NCBI GenBank assembly: GCA_051294905.1
Contig: CM119378.1
Location: forward strand, 1,178,001-1,242,000
Direction of reading: 5' to 3'
Source: Botryllus schlosseri
Taxonomy: Eukaryota
DNA length: 64,000 nt
Shown: positions 1-12,184 of the stretch, in pieces
Numbering within the stretch: the first letter of the stretch is position 1
Layout of the letters: each line of letters begins with the position of its first letter
Notes under the pieces: model-generated
Seen by the model: the letters and a program-made list of their open reading frames with translations, nothing else
Told to the model about the DNA's origin: nothing
Database searches by the model: none
Program-made: the position numbers and the translations under genes

Positions 1-1018
1 AAACAACAAGTTATACAGCAGTAGCCATCACCTTAATCGCACGGATTCGGTTTTAATGATACAGTAAAGATATGAAGTCAAGATTGATCCCGTACGCCCG
101 CTCGATTTTTACATCAGAAAACGATATCAATGTCATTGACTGGTTGCATAAGCACCATTCGCTGACTACGTATATCGCTCGTGATGTTGTGTGATTGCGG
201 GTCAAGCTCACAGCAGAGAGTCACTAAATATTCACAAACGGAAAGCTGGATATTTCGAGAAAGTTTTTGTATAAAAAAAAAGCAAGTGAAACTTTGAAAG
301 TTGTCAAGATGCATGCTCGTTTAGTGTTGATTTTTTATGCTACCAGCGCCATGCATAGAGTGACCTGCAGTTGAAATGCAATAAGTTTGAACCAGAGATC
401 TTATAATGAAGTGCAAATTACAATTTACCAAAAAGGTTCACAGTGCAGAACCCACCAAGGTTCTGTTGTGAACGCGAACCTATAAATTTCCGAGGTTCAC
501 ACACAGAACGCGAACGTGAACCTCACGTTCACACCATCCCTAGTAAGTGCACTATACTTCTTTAAGTGGTTATGTATACTAGTTCTGTGTAACAGTTTTC
601 AGTTTTTTTGGCAAAGCTAGTCCTAGAGTTATTACTAATATTTACTTACTTGGAAATCGCTACTTAACTTCTACTTGAGTAGAAATTTACGGCGTTACTT
701 CTACTTCTGCTAGAATACAAATGATGGCTACTTTGACTACCTCGGCATATCGATCGTCAGAGCAGTGGTTCCCAATTTCTGATATGAAAATATTCCGCGA
801 TTCCCACATCTCTGATAAGCCGATTACTAAAAAGTTGGTAAGCTCATCGCGAAAAATGCTAAGCACATTCTCGGCCCCCAGAAACGAAGCCGGTTGAAAA
901 CCACTGCTGCACTAGACTACTAGAGCATGGAAGTGAAAAATGCGCTTATCCGCGTACCACTGGAAATTCATATCAAGAGATAGCAATGACACGATGCAAA
1001 AAAGCTACAGCGGACAGG

Positions 1019-1130
1019 CAGTGGCGTAAGAGCATGTGCTCCGCCCCCGGCTTTCGTTGAAAATGCCGTCGCTCGCAGCCTGCTGCCCCTGGCGCAGAGC
1101 CAGAACCGCCAAGTGGCTGTTACGCCACTG
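1019..1130. mobile_element. 112-bp hAT-type MITE
   Basis: Perfect TIR cagtggcgtaa/ttacgccactg; 8-bp TSD cggacagg on both sides. Confidence 0.9.
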
Positions 1131-1256
1131 CGGACAGGGCCCAAGAGCAGGCCTATTCTATGGTCGATTGACACAGATATAATCATAATAAGTGGCGAGA
1201 TAGCGTAGTGGTATGTTCGACAGCTGCAACACTATACGGACACGGCTAGGCTACCT

Positions 1257-2102
1257 TAGGGTTGCCATACGTCCGGAATTTCCCGGACATGTCCGGAATT
1301 TCACTGCTAAAACTGCGTCCGGGAGGAATTTCTAAAATATGCCAAAATGTCCGGAATTTTGAAGGCTTGAAGTAAGCTCATAATTTTTTCGTAAATCAAC
1401 ATAAACAGTATTATTTTTGTGCAGATTTATGCTACATGAAAATTTTCTTCGCGCTGGACCCGATTTAGTATCACATATATTGGTTTTAATATGGGGACTA
1501 CCACCCTCGCACAAACTGCGATCAAAAATAAATAAATATATCATTCATTTACAAAAATAAATCTAATTGTAATCGCAATTACAAGATAGCGGTATACTCA
1601 TAGAGTCGGTTTAGGGTAGGCCGTTTGGATGCTTTGTTCAAATATAGTGGTTCTAAACCTGGGGGTAGTTGCCTTTATTCTGGGGTGCGCGAAGATGTTG
1701 AACATAATCAGCTTCCAAAATAGGGCGTGAGAAAGTCCGGGAAAATGTGCCGACCTTTAATTAGTAATCAGCTCATCAAATTTAGAGCTGGGCCACGGAA
1801 CATTTTCAAATTGGAAATGGAGTCGCGACCATTAAAGGTTGAAAACCACCGGATGTGCGGTGTTTATATAGCTCAGTGGTGCAGTGCGCACCGGCATTAG
1901 GCTGATAAACAGCCCTATCGATGTAACATGAACATGACTTAACGATATTCAATTACGCTCCTTGACCGCCCCTAGTCGATAAACAAAGCTTTTCTGGTGT
2001 GACGTCATATTGATCGACACTATGCTCATGGCTCATTTTGAAATCCGCTAGTGGGCGCTAAGAAGCGTCCGGAATTTGTGCAACAAAAATATGGTAACCC
2101 TA
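1257..2102 (+). mobile_element. hAT-type non-autonomous element, family A (tccgga subterminal motifs)
   Basis: TIR tagggttgccata/tatggtaacccta; TSD ggctacct on both sides; second copy inverted at 8497-10420. Confidence 0.92.
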
Positions 2103-2446
2103 GGCTACCTCTACCATATTTTTGGATCCGGACACCTTTTACAAATCACAAAAGTTTACCAGACTAGAAAACGGGTGATCTGTAACTTTTTACGGAAAAT
2201 TCTCTCGTGTTAGCTAGAAAAAAGGTCATTTTCCAACTCGACTACCGAAAGACCTGCTCCGATGTCCAGATTCCAGATTTCGCGTCGATGTTTTTTAGTT
2301 GTGCCTGTCTGATGGCCTGACTCTGGATGTCAAAGCTATAAAGGAGGACGAATTGCCAAAAAAATGACATTTGGGCGTCCTAGGAGGACATTTTGGATTT
2401 CCTGAAAAAGGAGGGAAAATGCTCCTAACGGAAGACGTATGGTAAC

Positions 2447-3424
2447 CAGTGTTGGGATGACTCGAGTCATGACTTGACTCGGGTCAGACTCGAGTCACCT
2501 TTTTCGTATGACTTGACTTGACTCGAGTCACTTTCCAAAAATGACTTGACTTGACTTGACTCGACGCCTCAGAAATGCGGATTGACTCGTGACTCGGAGC
2601 AAAATTCACGAGTCAATTTCAAGTCATTAAGTAAACAATGTCGATTAAATCACCCTATATTATTATGTTTTGGTTGTTAGCGATACGCCGGTGTCACTTG
2701 TGAGAGCAACCAGTCTTCAATAATTGTAAGTTTCACTGATCATCCATTGTTACATCACAAATAAATTGACCGCTTACGAAACCACCACACCTACGTTGTC
2801 GTAGTAGCAGTAGATTTATCTAATCGCATCGTATCTTTGTTTCATAGGCAGCTTAGTGCTTACATTGCGTAGTGCTCACCTTTACCGACACTCTTGTATG
2901 ATTTAAATCGAACGAATATAGTTTATGCCTTTATATTCTCACGGAGGTGTAGGTGGGTAGTGGCTATTGTACGACATCAATTTCTTCAACTTCTCGAGGC
3001 TTCGTATTCGATCCTTTATATTGGCTGATAAAATCAGACTGTGGCATGTAGCTATACAGTTACTCACGTATTTTATTATCAGTTCTACGTGTGCGTGAGC
3101 GATACAACACCTTTTTGCATGAATATTTAACTTTATAATCGTCATTTGATTCAAGATAAATTGCCAATTAATCTATCCTTCACACAGTTAGCAAAATGTA
3201 ACGACTTTGAATCATCACATATACTTCGAAAATTCAATTTGACTCGAATCGTGACTTGACTCGTGACTTGACTTAACTTGACTCGAGTCACCTCCAAAAA
3301 ACGAATGACTTGACTTGACTCGAGTCACCTTTGAAAATCAATTGACTTGACTTGACTCGAGTCAAAATGTGGAATGACTCGAGATGACTCGTGACTCGAA
3401 GGTAGTGACTTGATCCTACCACTG
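2447..3424 (+). mobile_element. hAT-type non-autonomous element, family B (GACTT/GACTC arrays), copy 1
   Basis: TIR cagtgttgggat/atcctaccactg; TSD atggtaac on both sides. Confidence 0.92.
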
Positions 3425-3703
3425 ATGGTAACCCAATTCAACACCAATGGGTGAAAGAATTACTACCGAAGTGTTGGAGGTTTCTATAGCCTCCTTGTCG
3501 TCATCCGGCCAAGTCGTGTCTAAAGCCTAGAAGTGGGTCGTGTTACAAGTCGACAGATACGGAAACATAATGAATAACATCGGCCTGGTGTAAAATGACC
3601 AAGGTACGAAGGTAGTCGAACCACGTCATGAATACCACAAACGACAGACATAATCATGATTTATGTGAAAAAGTGCAGTAAAAGCGCAACCATGAGAACT
3701 CAC

Positions 3704-3836
3704 CCTTTACGATACATGAGATAGCAAACCGCGATTATTATGATGACGCAAACGAGGGCGGATGCCGTGATTACTGCAATCACAACGTCTGGGTGAGGCG
3801 ACTTATCTTCATTTGAGCTCCAGGTAGTTCTTCCAT
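3704..3836 (-). CDS. Transmembrane exon of the same unidentified gene
   Basis: ttgcag|(D)GRTTWSSNEDKSPHPDVVIAVITASALVCVIIIIAVCYLMYRK(G)|gtgag; hydrophobic run followed by a basic stop-transfer, in phase with the 8311 donor. Confidence 0.8.
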
Positions 3837-5042
3837 CTGCAAGTATTACAGCATTTCAAGTGTTACCGTCACTGCTGTGGCAGTTGGTGTGGCGTTAGCA
3901 GTGTGATACTGGGCAAGATATGCTTCAAGTTATAATGCGCAGAGGTGATCAGTAATGAAGTGCTTCTACTTTTCCAGCGTAATCCGAGGGATCAGGGTAC
4001 TTTTAGACATCGTATTTTGTAGTGTAGAACATATATTCCCCGCATGATTCGGTGGGTAGAATCTATTTCGAAAATTGCGTCAACTTGTAGTGGCATTAGT
4101 CATTCTGCGTTGTTCGCGAATATTTCCTGTAATTTTTTATTAACGACCTCTGATCGAGTGCTAAAAGTATGCAACGTCTCGACCAAATCGACTTTTAGAA
4201 ACTATACTCACTTGTGCAGGCCTACTTTTCAAGTATTCATTAGATGCTGTCGCTTGAAATGTTTTTGACATGACTTGCAATCGCTACTTCTAATTGAATA
4301 AGGATTTGCAGCGTTAGGCCTACTTCCACTACTTGACTACCAACGGTGACAACTTTGATATTTTCTGACAACTCATCCATATTCGTTTTGGATTCGACAG
4401 TTGCCCAGTATGTCCAGTGTCCACACTCAAGTCGAAATATAAGCAATTTCTTTTAAATGAATACTAGTCAGCCATCAAGATGACCGGACCACGGCCTAGC
4501 ATAATGATCTCACCTTCTGCCACATGCCACCTCATTTTGCCGCTTGCCTTTTATATTCTCTGCGTTACTTTTCATTCAGCGTACGTACAGTGTACACGTA
4601 CCATCGTACATACCTCTTTTTTACATCGCCCAGGCCCAGGTGGGCCTATCTTTTCATTTATCGCAGTTTTGTGGTGTTTTGAAATGATGAAAATATTAAT
4701 AAACCGATACTGATACTGATTGCACGTCGAACACAGTTGAGTCTCATCATCGATATTAAAGTCGACCCTGTAAGGTGGTGCTAAGCGTAGGCATTCGGCA
4801 GTGCTAGAATTATGCGATGAAATATACAAATATGATACCACTATTCTTTATATTATATAACTATATACATCACACTGTACTGTCAGACTTGATAAACTAG
4901 GTGATGAGGAAGAATATGACGAATAGGACGTTGTATATGTTTGTCTCTAATGTTTGCAGCATATACACCGATTAATGTTTTGCGGCATATACACCGACTC
5001 ATGATATATATAGGCTGCGGGGAAGCCATCGACACCAGTGGT

Positions 5043-5440
5043 ATGCTACTAGTGTAGTGGTTACGATAAGCGCCCACCAATCTGACGGACTGGGTTCGAT
5101 TCCCGTCGGAGGTATATCTGGGCTCCTCTTCCCCGCGGTTGCCGTTCTTACGGCGACAAAAAAGCCCAGTAAAAGACCCGACGAAAGAAAGCACTCTCAA
5201 CGAATGGAAAGAATTAGTAGAAATGGCCGCGGCTTCAAAAAAAGATCAACATCGAAAAGAACTGTGACATCGGACACTCTAGGCCGAGGTGGGTGTTAGA
5301 GTAAAGGATCGCTACTGATGCTTGTCGTTCGACATCCTCCTATCTGTTCATGACATCGCATTGTATATTGTGTGTGACTTGTTCGGATGAAAAATATAAC
5401 CCAACAAAAAATAAATTAATTAATTAAAAAAAGAAATAAA
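5043..5440 (+). mobile_element. tRNA-derived SINE
   Basis: A box tagtgtagtgg (5050), B box ggttcgattcc (5093), A-rich tail. Body recurs inverted at ~9850-9980; 3' part recurs at ~10800, ~11260, ~58800 and ~63790. End coordinates approximate. Confidence 0.75.
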
Positions 5441-5849
5441 AATCAACTACGCAATTGAATTTTTGAGACATCTAAATCGTTTTTTTCAAGTGGTTTTCAA
5501 GCTCGAACCGAAATCGTATGATCCCGATGAAATAGGTGGAAAAATGGGCGGAGATAAAGTATTAATGACCACTGTCGGTATCGGATTTTCTAATACCAGC
5601 AAGACTATTAGGTAATAGAACCTCTTCAAATCAAACAAATGCACCCACGATCAAGAGGACGGACGCTCCACTATTCCGCTATCTTGTCGGTGGTAGGCCT
5701 ACTTAATTATAGTTACCTTAATTTGACAAATTAGAGCGAATTTCAAGTAACTCTAATCAAATTTGTGAAATGTTTCTACTCTCTTATTCTTATTCTTATC
5801 TAATTCATGGTTTTCTTTTAAATCCTAGAGCTGCATAGTGCGAAACGAG

Positions 5850-8049
5850 CAGAGGTGGTCAAAGTAGTCAAGAAAGTTACTCAAGTAGAAGTAGAAGTAG
5901 CGACGAAAAATTCGACTCAAGTACGAGTAGGAGTACTTCTTCCATAAGCAACCTGAAACTACTTGAAGTAGAAATAGAATTGACTGACTTTCAATCTACT
6001 CAAGTAAGTAAGTAGTCGTTAAAACAATCGTAATTCGTTCGCATGGATTGTCAAAAGGTGCAAATTGAGCTATGGGAAAGGTGCCGAGCTTGATATATAT
6101 TGATGCATACCAGTGTTGGGATGACTCGAGTCAGACTCGAGTCAACTTTTTCGCATGACTTGACTTGACTCGAGTCACTTTGCAAAAATGAGTTGACTTG
6201 ACTTGACTCGGCGCTTCAGAAATGAGGATTGACTCGTGACTCGGAGCAAAATTTACGAGTCAATTTCAAAGTCATCTAGTAAACGGTGTCAATTAAATCG
6301 CTGCATCTCTTTGATGTTCGGATTGTTCGCGATACGCCGGTGTGACTTGTGAGAGCAAGCAGTCATTCACAGATTGTACTTTTCACTGATCCTCCATTGT
6401 TACATCACAAATATGTTGACTGAAAACGAAATGATCACAGCTTACGTTTATGTACTAGCTGTAGAATAGTCTAATAACTACGTATCTCTGTTTGTTAGAA
6501 GGCTCAGTGCTTACATCGCGAAGTGCCCAGCTTAGCCAACCCTCTAGTATGATTTGAATCGAACGAATACAGTTTATGCGATTATAATCTCAAGGATGTG
6601 TTGATGGGTAGTGTACCATATCAATTTGTTTCAACTTCTCGGCGCTTCGTATTCGATCCTCCATTTTAGCAGTTCTAAGAATTCGTGAGTGATACAACGC
6701 CTTTTTACACGTATATTTAACTTGATACTCGTTATTTGATTCAAGAGATATCACCAACCAATCTGTCATTCACACAGCTAGCAAAATGTAATGACTTTGA
6801 ATCATCACTCATACTTCGAAAATTCAATTTGACTTGAATTGTGACTTGACTCGTGACTTGACTTGACTTGACTCGACTTGACTCGAGTCACCTCCAAAAA
6901 ACGAGTGACTTGACTTGACTCGAGTCACCTTCGATAATCGATTGACTTGACTTGACTCGAGTCAAAATGTGCAATGACTCGAGATGACTCGTGACTCGAA
7001 GGTAGTGACTTGATCCCAACACTGCATACCAGGAGGTATCCAATTTTCGACAGCATAAGCATTCGTCCACATCATGGGATGAAAATGATATGGAAATGCG
7101 ATACCAATCCTCTGTTTACTCGAACAGCACGTTTTAGAAAATATCATGGTATTGCGCACTCCCCCATATTATAGGCCCGTGGTTTAGTCGAAGAGCAACA
7201 TGGAGAAGTTTCATAGAATACGGTGTAAACACTTTTGCGCGATTAGTAAACTTTAATAAAAAATATGGTGGATCGTAAAAATGCCATATTGTGTAGCTTT
7301 ATTTCCGGAAATTAAAGGCATTTCTACACTTGCTTTTATACTCCAACATGTATGTTATCCAGACAAAAGATCTGATATTAATTAGAACTCAAAGTATATG
7401 ATAGGCCTACTGGGAATTGAAAGCGAAATATAAATACTACTTCTAAAAGCGGAAAATGTATTTCATGTCTTTAGACCAGAAAGTTTCAAAGGTGGTATGC
7501 TAAAACAGCTCTAAAACTAAAGTTGGAATCCACCTTTCCAGATTAGGACACGCCACGGACTGCTACATTACGATATGATATAAGTGAATGCTAGATTGCG
7601 AAACATCAGTTTCAAACGTTATGATGAGCCATATATACTGAGATAAAATATTTCGTATGGGCGAAGGGCGATAATGCGGTGTGAACGGAACCACGCCAAC
7701 CTGTTACCTAAATTATATTCACCGATACTTTCGTGAAATCATACTGGTAACTCCGACCGCGAAGCGCGACGAAAATTCTGGGCTCTACTCGACTCTTATG
7801 AAAATTAAATGTTTATACTCCGTGAAAACAGCCTCGAAATTTCTCAGTCTGTCTTCCTGATTGGAGGATTAAACTACTTCTACTTGACAAACTGAAAATG
7901 GCGAAAAGTAAGTAAGTAGATCATAAAAATATTACGAAGTAGAAGTAGAAGTAGCGAAAATCAGGTCTACTTGAGTAAGTACCAGAAGTAGAATAAAACT
8001 ACTTGAGTACTTCGAAAAAGTAGAAGTACTTCGTTACTGACCACCTCTG
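5850..8049. mobile_element. hAT-type non-autonomous element, family C (aagtag arrays), carrying a nested family B copy
   Basis: TIR cagaggtggtca/tgaccacctctg; TSD gaaacgag on both sides; degenerate relatives near 640-745, 25020, 33980, 50360-50620, 59660-59960. Confidence 0.92.
6111..7024 (+). mobile_element. Family B element, copy 2
   Basis: TIR cagtgttgggat/atcccaacactg; colinear with copy 1; TSD only partly kept (catac). Confidence 0.9.
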
Positions 8050-8310
8050 GAAACGAGTCAAGCTGGATGTACGAAAATTTCCCATTCTTAGGCTTACGAG
8101 AGTCAACTTCGATGTGGTATGAACTTTACTTGCTGCAATATTGCAATTCTGTACTTCGAAGAACTTGACTTGCTACAATTCCAAAGTTTTTGCGAATCCA
8201 GTGAATCTAACTCGCATCTAATTTAGGAATGATGGCAATTTTCTAGTTGCCAAACTTTGTGTAGTAAATAGCAATAAATACGCATTCGATTTGATACCAC
8301 AGCGACTTAC

Positions 8311-8466
8311 CAGAAATGACTGTTGACTCCGTACTTGTTTGGTCAACAGTGGTCGTTGCTGGTACTGTCGTGGTCTCAGGCGTCGTCGTCGCTACCGGTG
8401 TCGTCGTCGTCGTCGTTGTCGTAGTAGTAGTTGTTCTTGTAGTTGTTGTGGTAGTAGTTTCAGTAG
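8311..8466 (-). CDS. Thr-rich mucin-like stalk exon of an unidentified type I membrane protein
   Basis: ttctttag|..TETTTTTTTRTTTTTTTTTTTTPVATTTPETTTVPATTTVDQTSTESTVIS|gtaagt, 156 bp, phase 1-1. Thr is encoded by all four ACN codons. Confidence 0.8.
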
Positions 8467-8496
8467 CTAAAGAATCAAGACATTGCAGATATAGAC

Positions 8497-10420
8497 TAGG
8501 GTTACCATATTTTTGTGACCCAAATTCCGTACGCCCTTTAGCGCCCACTAGCGTATTTTAAATGAGGTACGAAGACATTTCGATCAATATGACGTCACAC
8601 CAGCAAAGCTTTGTCTATCGACAAGAGGTGGTCACGATCCGGTTCAGGAGTATGTGTTTGTGTGTTGTAAGTTGTAACCACTGCCGAAGCTACATTTTTT
8701 TCAGCCCCCTCCCGCACAAATAAACACTATGCGTGATCGGCCAACCGTACGGTAACCGATGCAACTTCTGGGGGCTTACTGTATGCATCCGGTGGTAAAT
8801 GATTTGAATGAATTACAGAAGATTGCGGAGAGTTAATCCTCTTCGATAATCGATATTCGATATCATAATGATAATAATTAATCGTTAGCACCTTTTCCTT
8901 TTTTTATCAGAACAAGGCACACGAGGCACAATGCGATAAGACAGTGTTGGGATGACTCGAGTCATGACTTGACTCGAGTCAGACCCGAGTCACCTTTTTC
9001 GTATGACTTGACTTGACTCGAGTCACTTTGCAAAAATGACTTGACTTGACTCGGCGTTTCAAAAATGCGGATTGACTCGTGACTCGGAGCATAATTTACG
9101 AGTCAATTTCAATTTATCAAGTAGTCGGTGTCGATAAAAATCGCTGCATAATTTACAAATGTTCGGATTGTTCTCGATACGCTGGTGTGACTTGTGAGAT
9201 CGACAAATCTCACTCATTCAATCATTTTGCGTTTTACTGAACCTACATTGTTATATCGCAAATATCTATCGAGTTCGAATATAATTTACAAGTTTATATT
9301 ACTAGTCAATCATTGACGCAGGCTTAAATTGTATCCCTTGGATATGTAGTTGGGTCTTGGATGATGTATCATATCATATTCCCCTATCTGAGGTTTCGTA
9401 TTCTATGATCTATTTTGGCGATATTTAAAGACTGAGGGTATACAAATGTTATGTAGTTTAGTAGTACTACGCCTTCGTGACCTATACAACCTATTGACCT
9501 ATTTAACTCAATATTCATCCCTCGATTTAAAATAAATGGCGACTCAATTTGAATTTCAAACAGCAAATAAAATGAAATGACTTAATCATATCTGGTATTT
9601 TCGAAAAGACAACTTGACTTGAATTGAGACTTGACTCGTGACTTGACTCGACTTGACTCGAGTCACCTCCAAAAATCGAGTGACTTGACTTGACTCGAGT
9701 CACTTTCAAATATCGATTGACTTGACTTGACTCGAGTCAAAATGAGCAATGACTCGAGATGACTTGTGACTCGAAGGTAGTGACTTGATCCCAACACTGC
9801 GATAAGACACAATGCGCTGTAATGAACAGATAGGCCTATAGTGCCCGGCGTCACAGTTATTTTCGATGTTGGTATTTTTGAAGCTGCGGCCCTTTCTAGT
9901 TCTTTCTATTCCTTGTGAATGCTTTCTTTTTTCGGATTTTTTCTGGGCTTTTTACGGCGGGGAAAGATGAGCCCAGACTTACTCACAGCCTATTTTGGAA
10001 GCTGATTACGTTCAACATCTTCGCAAACCCCAGAATAAAGGTAAACTATCTTTGAATAAAGCATCCAAACGGCCTCAACCGACTCTATGAATATACCGTT
10101 ACCTTGTAGTTGCGATTACAGTTAGACTTATTTCTGTAATAAATGCTATGTTATATTTTTTATCGTAGTTTTTGCGAGGGTGGTTGTCCCCATATTAAAA
10201 CGAGGATATGTGATACTAAATCGCGGACAGCGAGAAGAAAAATTCCATAAATCTGCCCAAAAACAATCTTGTTTATGTTAATTTACGAGAAAATTATGAG
10301 CTTACTACAAGCCTTCAAAATTCCGGACATTTTGACATATTTTTGAAATTCCTCCCGGACGTAGTAAAAACAGTGAAATTCCGGACATGTCCGGGAAATT
10401 CTGGACGTATGGCAACCCTA
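8497..10420 (-). mobile_element. Family A element, inverted copy with nested insertions
   Basis: TIR tagggttaccata/tatggcaacccta; TSD atatagac on both sides. Confidence 0.92.
8942..9799 (+). mobile_element. Family B element, copy 3
   Basis: TIR cagtgttgggat/atcccaacactg; TSD cgataaga on both sides. Confidence 0.92.
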
Positions 10421-11632
10421 ATATAGACTAGCAATGGGCCCAGACCATGCTGCGTCGGTAACGCAGCGAGCTGCCCCAGGGAGTCCCAGAATGAAGCTCT
10501 CTTATATATGTAGAACGTTACGATAGCTTTTAACTTGCCATTCAAACTTAATTTATCAAAACGCATACGTAATCCAACGATCCTCAACCTGTTCGCGGTC
10601 AGATTAACTAACGACTGCTGGCTAACATTGCTCAAACGGAACACGAATATATCGAAGCAAATTAGAGCAAGAAATTGCCAAGTTTATGAATCAATTCCAT
10701 TGCAGTTACTGCCCCACAAACTTCAACGAATTCTTCACTACCTCGGAATATAAAGCGTATGCTGCACTTCACACCTATTGTATTGAAATTTTCATCAGAT
10801 CAAAACACCTCAAAATTGCGATGTAATGAAAAGATAGGAAGGTGTCGAAATGACCTGGAGTAATAGTCTTTACATCAGAGACATGTGCGTCCTCATCGTC
10901 GTTCTACTACCATATGCTCAGAACAACCAACAGGAAAGAGCACCGCTACATCAGGTATGAAGGACCGCTTCTTGACAGAACTTCGCCGAAAACCCAACAG
11001 TCGTCGAGAATGCCCACACCACAGTCCGCACTCAAGTCAACATATCTGATTTTGTTGCATAAATACTAGTCAGCGCTCGAGATTACAGGACCCACGATCT
11101 AACATATCGATAACGCATACCATCACATGCCACTTCATTTCCATCGCCTGTCCTTTCATGCTATCTTCGATACTTTTCAATGTGTAATTTGTGCATATGC
11201 CCCTTGTTAAATAAGGTGTGAAAGCAACCAAGATCTTATTCTTAATTGCATATTCCAGCTAGGCCAAGGTAGGGTGTATGATCAAAGGACTATGCTTTGG
11301 CTCTTAATCGGACCTTCCTTTCTTCTCATTTTCCCGCAATCTTGTGATGTTGTGAATCGATAAAAATGTCCAAAATTCGAGTGAAACTATGCACCCATAG
11401 TTGCCTTTTCCATTTGCAATTCAACATCAGGTATTATTTCCTTTGGCTAGTGAAATTTCAGATTCGGAACAGTGACTATCGACTATACAAAATTATTTAT
11501 TTCCTGAAATATGATTCGCCACGAGTCACGGCATGGGAATGTCTACTGTTCTGGGTTAAACTAACTCGAAACAGTGGGCCTCACAGGAAGTGGAATTTTG
11601 CGATTGGGTTAATTCATCAAAACTAAACTTAC

Positions 11633-11719
11633 TAGAAGGTACGGGGGCCGGAGCAATGCTGTCAGCCATCCTGAATTGAAATAAGAGTATCTCCGATGTC
11701 GTCTTTGTTATGGTATTAT
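11633..11719 (-). CDS. Candidate upstream exon of the mucin-stalk gene
   Basis: gctttcag|..NTITKTTSEILLFQFRMADSIAPAPVPS|gtaagt, 87 bp, phase 1-1, open only in the compatible frame. Confidence 0.5.
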
Positions 11720-12094
11720 CTGAAAGCATAGAGATTGGTGATAGATCGCCAGTCGTGGTTATCGTATAAGCATAAAAAAGTACAATCGGGCAAGGCAGCT
11801 ATGCTGCTCCTTGCCATATCCAACAAATTACTAGCCAGGCGAAAGCCATCGCTCTGAGCATTTGAAAGAATTTGTAAATAGCTTCAGTAAGCGGCTCACA
11901 AAAGCATCCTCACTTGAAAATCCCCTTCTCACGTTACCCTCATAAACCAAAAACTGAATTTCTAGTTTCTTAGCGGATACGAATGCATGACACGAGCCGA
12001 TCTTTCTTCTGATATAAAAACAGCCGAAACTAGTCACACATGATGTCATGTCCTCGATACCGACTGCACCATATGCAGCAATCGAGTTGCCTAC

Positions 12095-12184
12095 CATTCA
12101 ACCTGCTCTGGGGATATGGGTTCGATGAATCGGATTTATCTTTGATAACACCTTGAGTAATGCCATTGCCGCGTAATGTAAGAT
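12095..12184 (-). CDS. Weak candidate exon of the mucin-stalk gene
   Basis: ccgcag|..LTLRGNGITQGVIKDKSDSSNPYPQSRLN|gtaggc, 90 bp, phase 1-1; no recognisable homology. Confidence 0.3.

Noticed and set aside
763..906. Intact Charlie-like MITE (cagtggtt..aaccactg)
   Set aside because: TIR-like ends are present but the flanks show no TSD; probably a decayed relic and not called.
5043..5113. tRNA gene
   Set aside because: A and B boxes are present but acceptor and T stems pair poorly, and it runs into a repeated body; better explained as a SINE head.
8316..8561. Poly-Val plus-strand ORF resembling a membrane peptide
   Set aside because: Reverse complement of the Thr-rich exon; splice signals support the minus strand.
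2447..9799. CRISPR-like or telomeric array (GACTT repeats)
   Set aside because: No constant repeat with unique spacers and no cas genes; the arrays lie inside TIR/TSD-bounded elements.
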